Source of the DNA: Octopus vulgaris
Taxonomy: Eukaryota
Assembly (NCBI GenBank): GCA_951406725.2
Contig: OX597838.1
Span: forward strand, 25,544,001 to 25,608,000
Length of the DNA stretch: 64,000 bases
Direction of reading: 5' to 3'
The position numbers were made by a program, and so were the translations under genes. The first letter of the stretch is position 1; each line of letters opens with the position of its first letter. Positions 63,932 through 64,000 of the stretch are shown in pieces. The notes under the pieces were generated by a model. The model was not told the DNA's origin. It made no database searches and saw only the letters and a program-made list of their open reading frames with translations.

Positions 63932-64000
63932 ACATATATATATACATATATATATTATATATACATATATATATTATATATACATATATATATTATATAT

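Overview
AT-rich, microsatellite-dense animal genomic DNA. Repeat families and protein sequence point to a coleoid cephalopod, most likely Octopus (inference). The whole window is the 3' two-thirds of a + strand syntaxin-1 (neuronal Qa-SNARE) gene; its 5' exons lie upstream of the window. The exons seen are 109, 74, 138 and 111 nt plus a terminal exon, with the sizes and phases of vertebrate STX1A exons 6-10. The most notable structure is a combinatorial isoform system. (i) There are two tandem, diverged 109-nt copies of the exon for Habc helix c and the linker start (8485-8593 and 13283-13391); joining both gives an immediate stop, so productive mRNAs must use only one. The first copy has a ~490-nt AG-free zone with a candidate distant branch point. 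(ii) There are two alternative terminal transmembrane exons (45448-45522 and 63611-63691), plus a candidate TM-less KVNF* ending. (iii) Local RNA hairpins cover the exon-9 donor (Q codon of KARQKK) and the last stop codon; these are plausible ADAR substrates. Introns are filled with tRNA-derived SINEs (one family in same-strand head-to-tail arrays at (ATT)n), Tc1/mariner, piggyBac-like, hAT-like and Helentron-type non-autonomous elements, RTE and R4/Dong LINE fragments, a decayed Penelope-like element, hammerhead-ribozyme-like motifs and many foldback repeats. Most ORFs in the supplied track are microsatellite artefacts. Exon coordinates were counted exactly; repeat boundaries are approximate and were read by eye.
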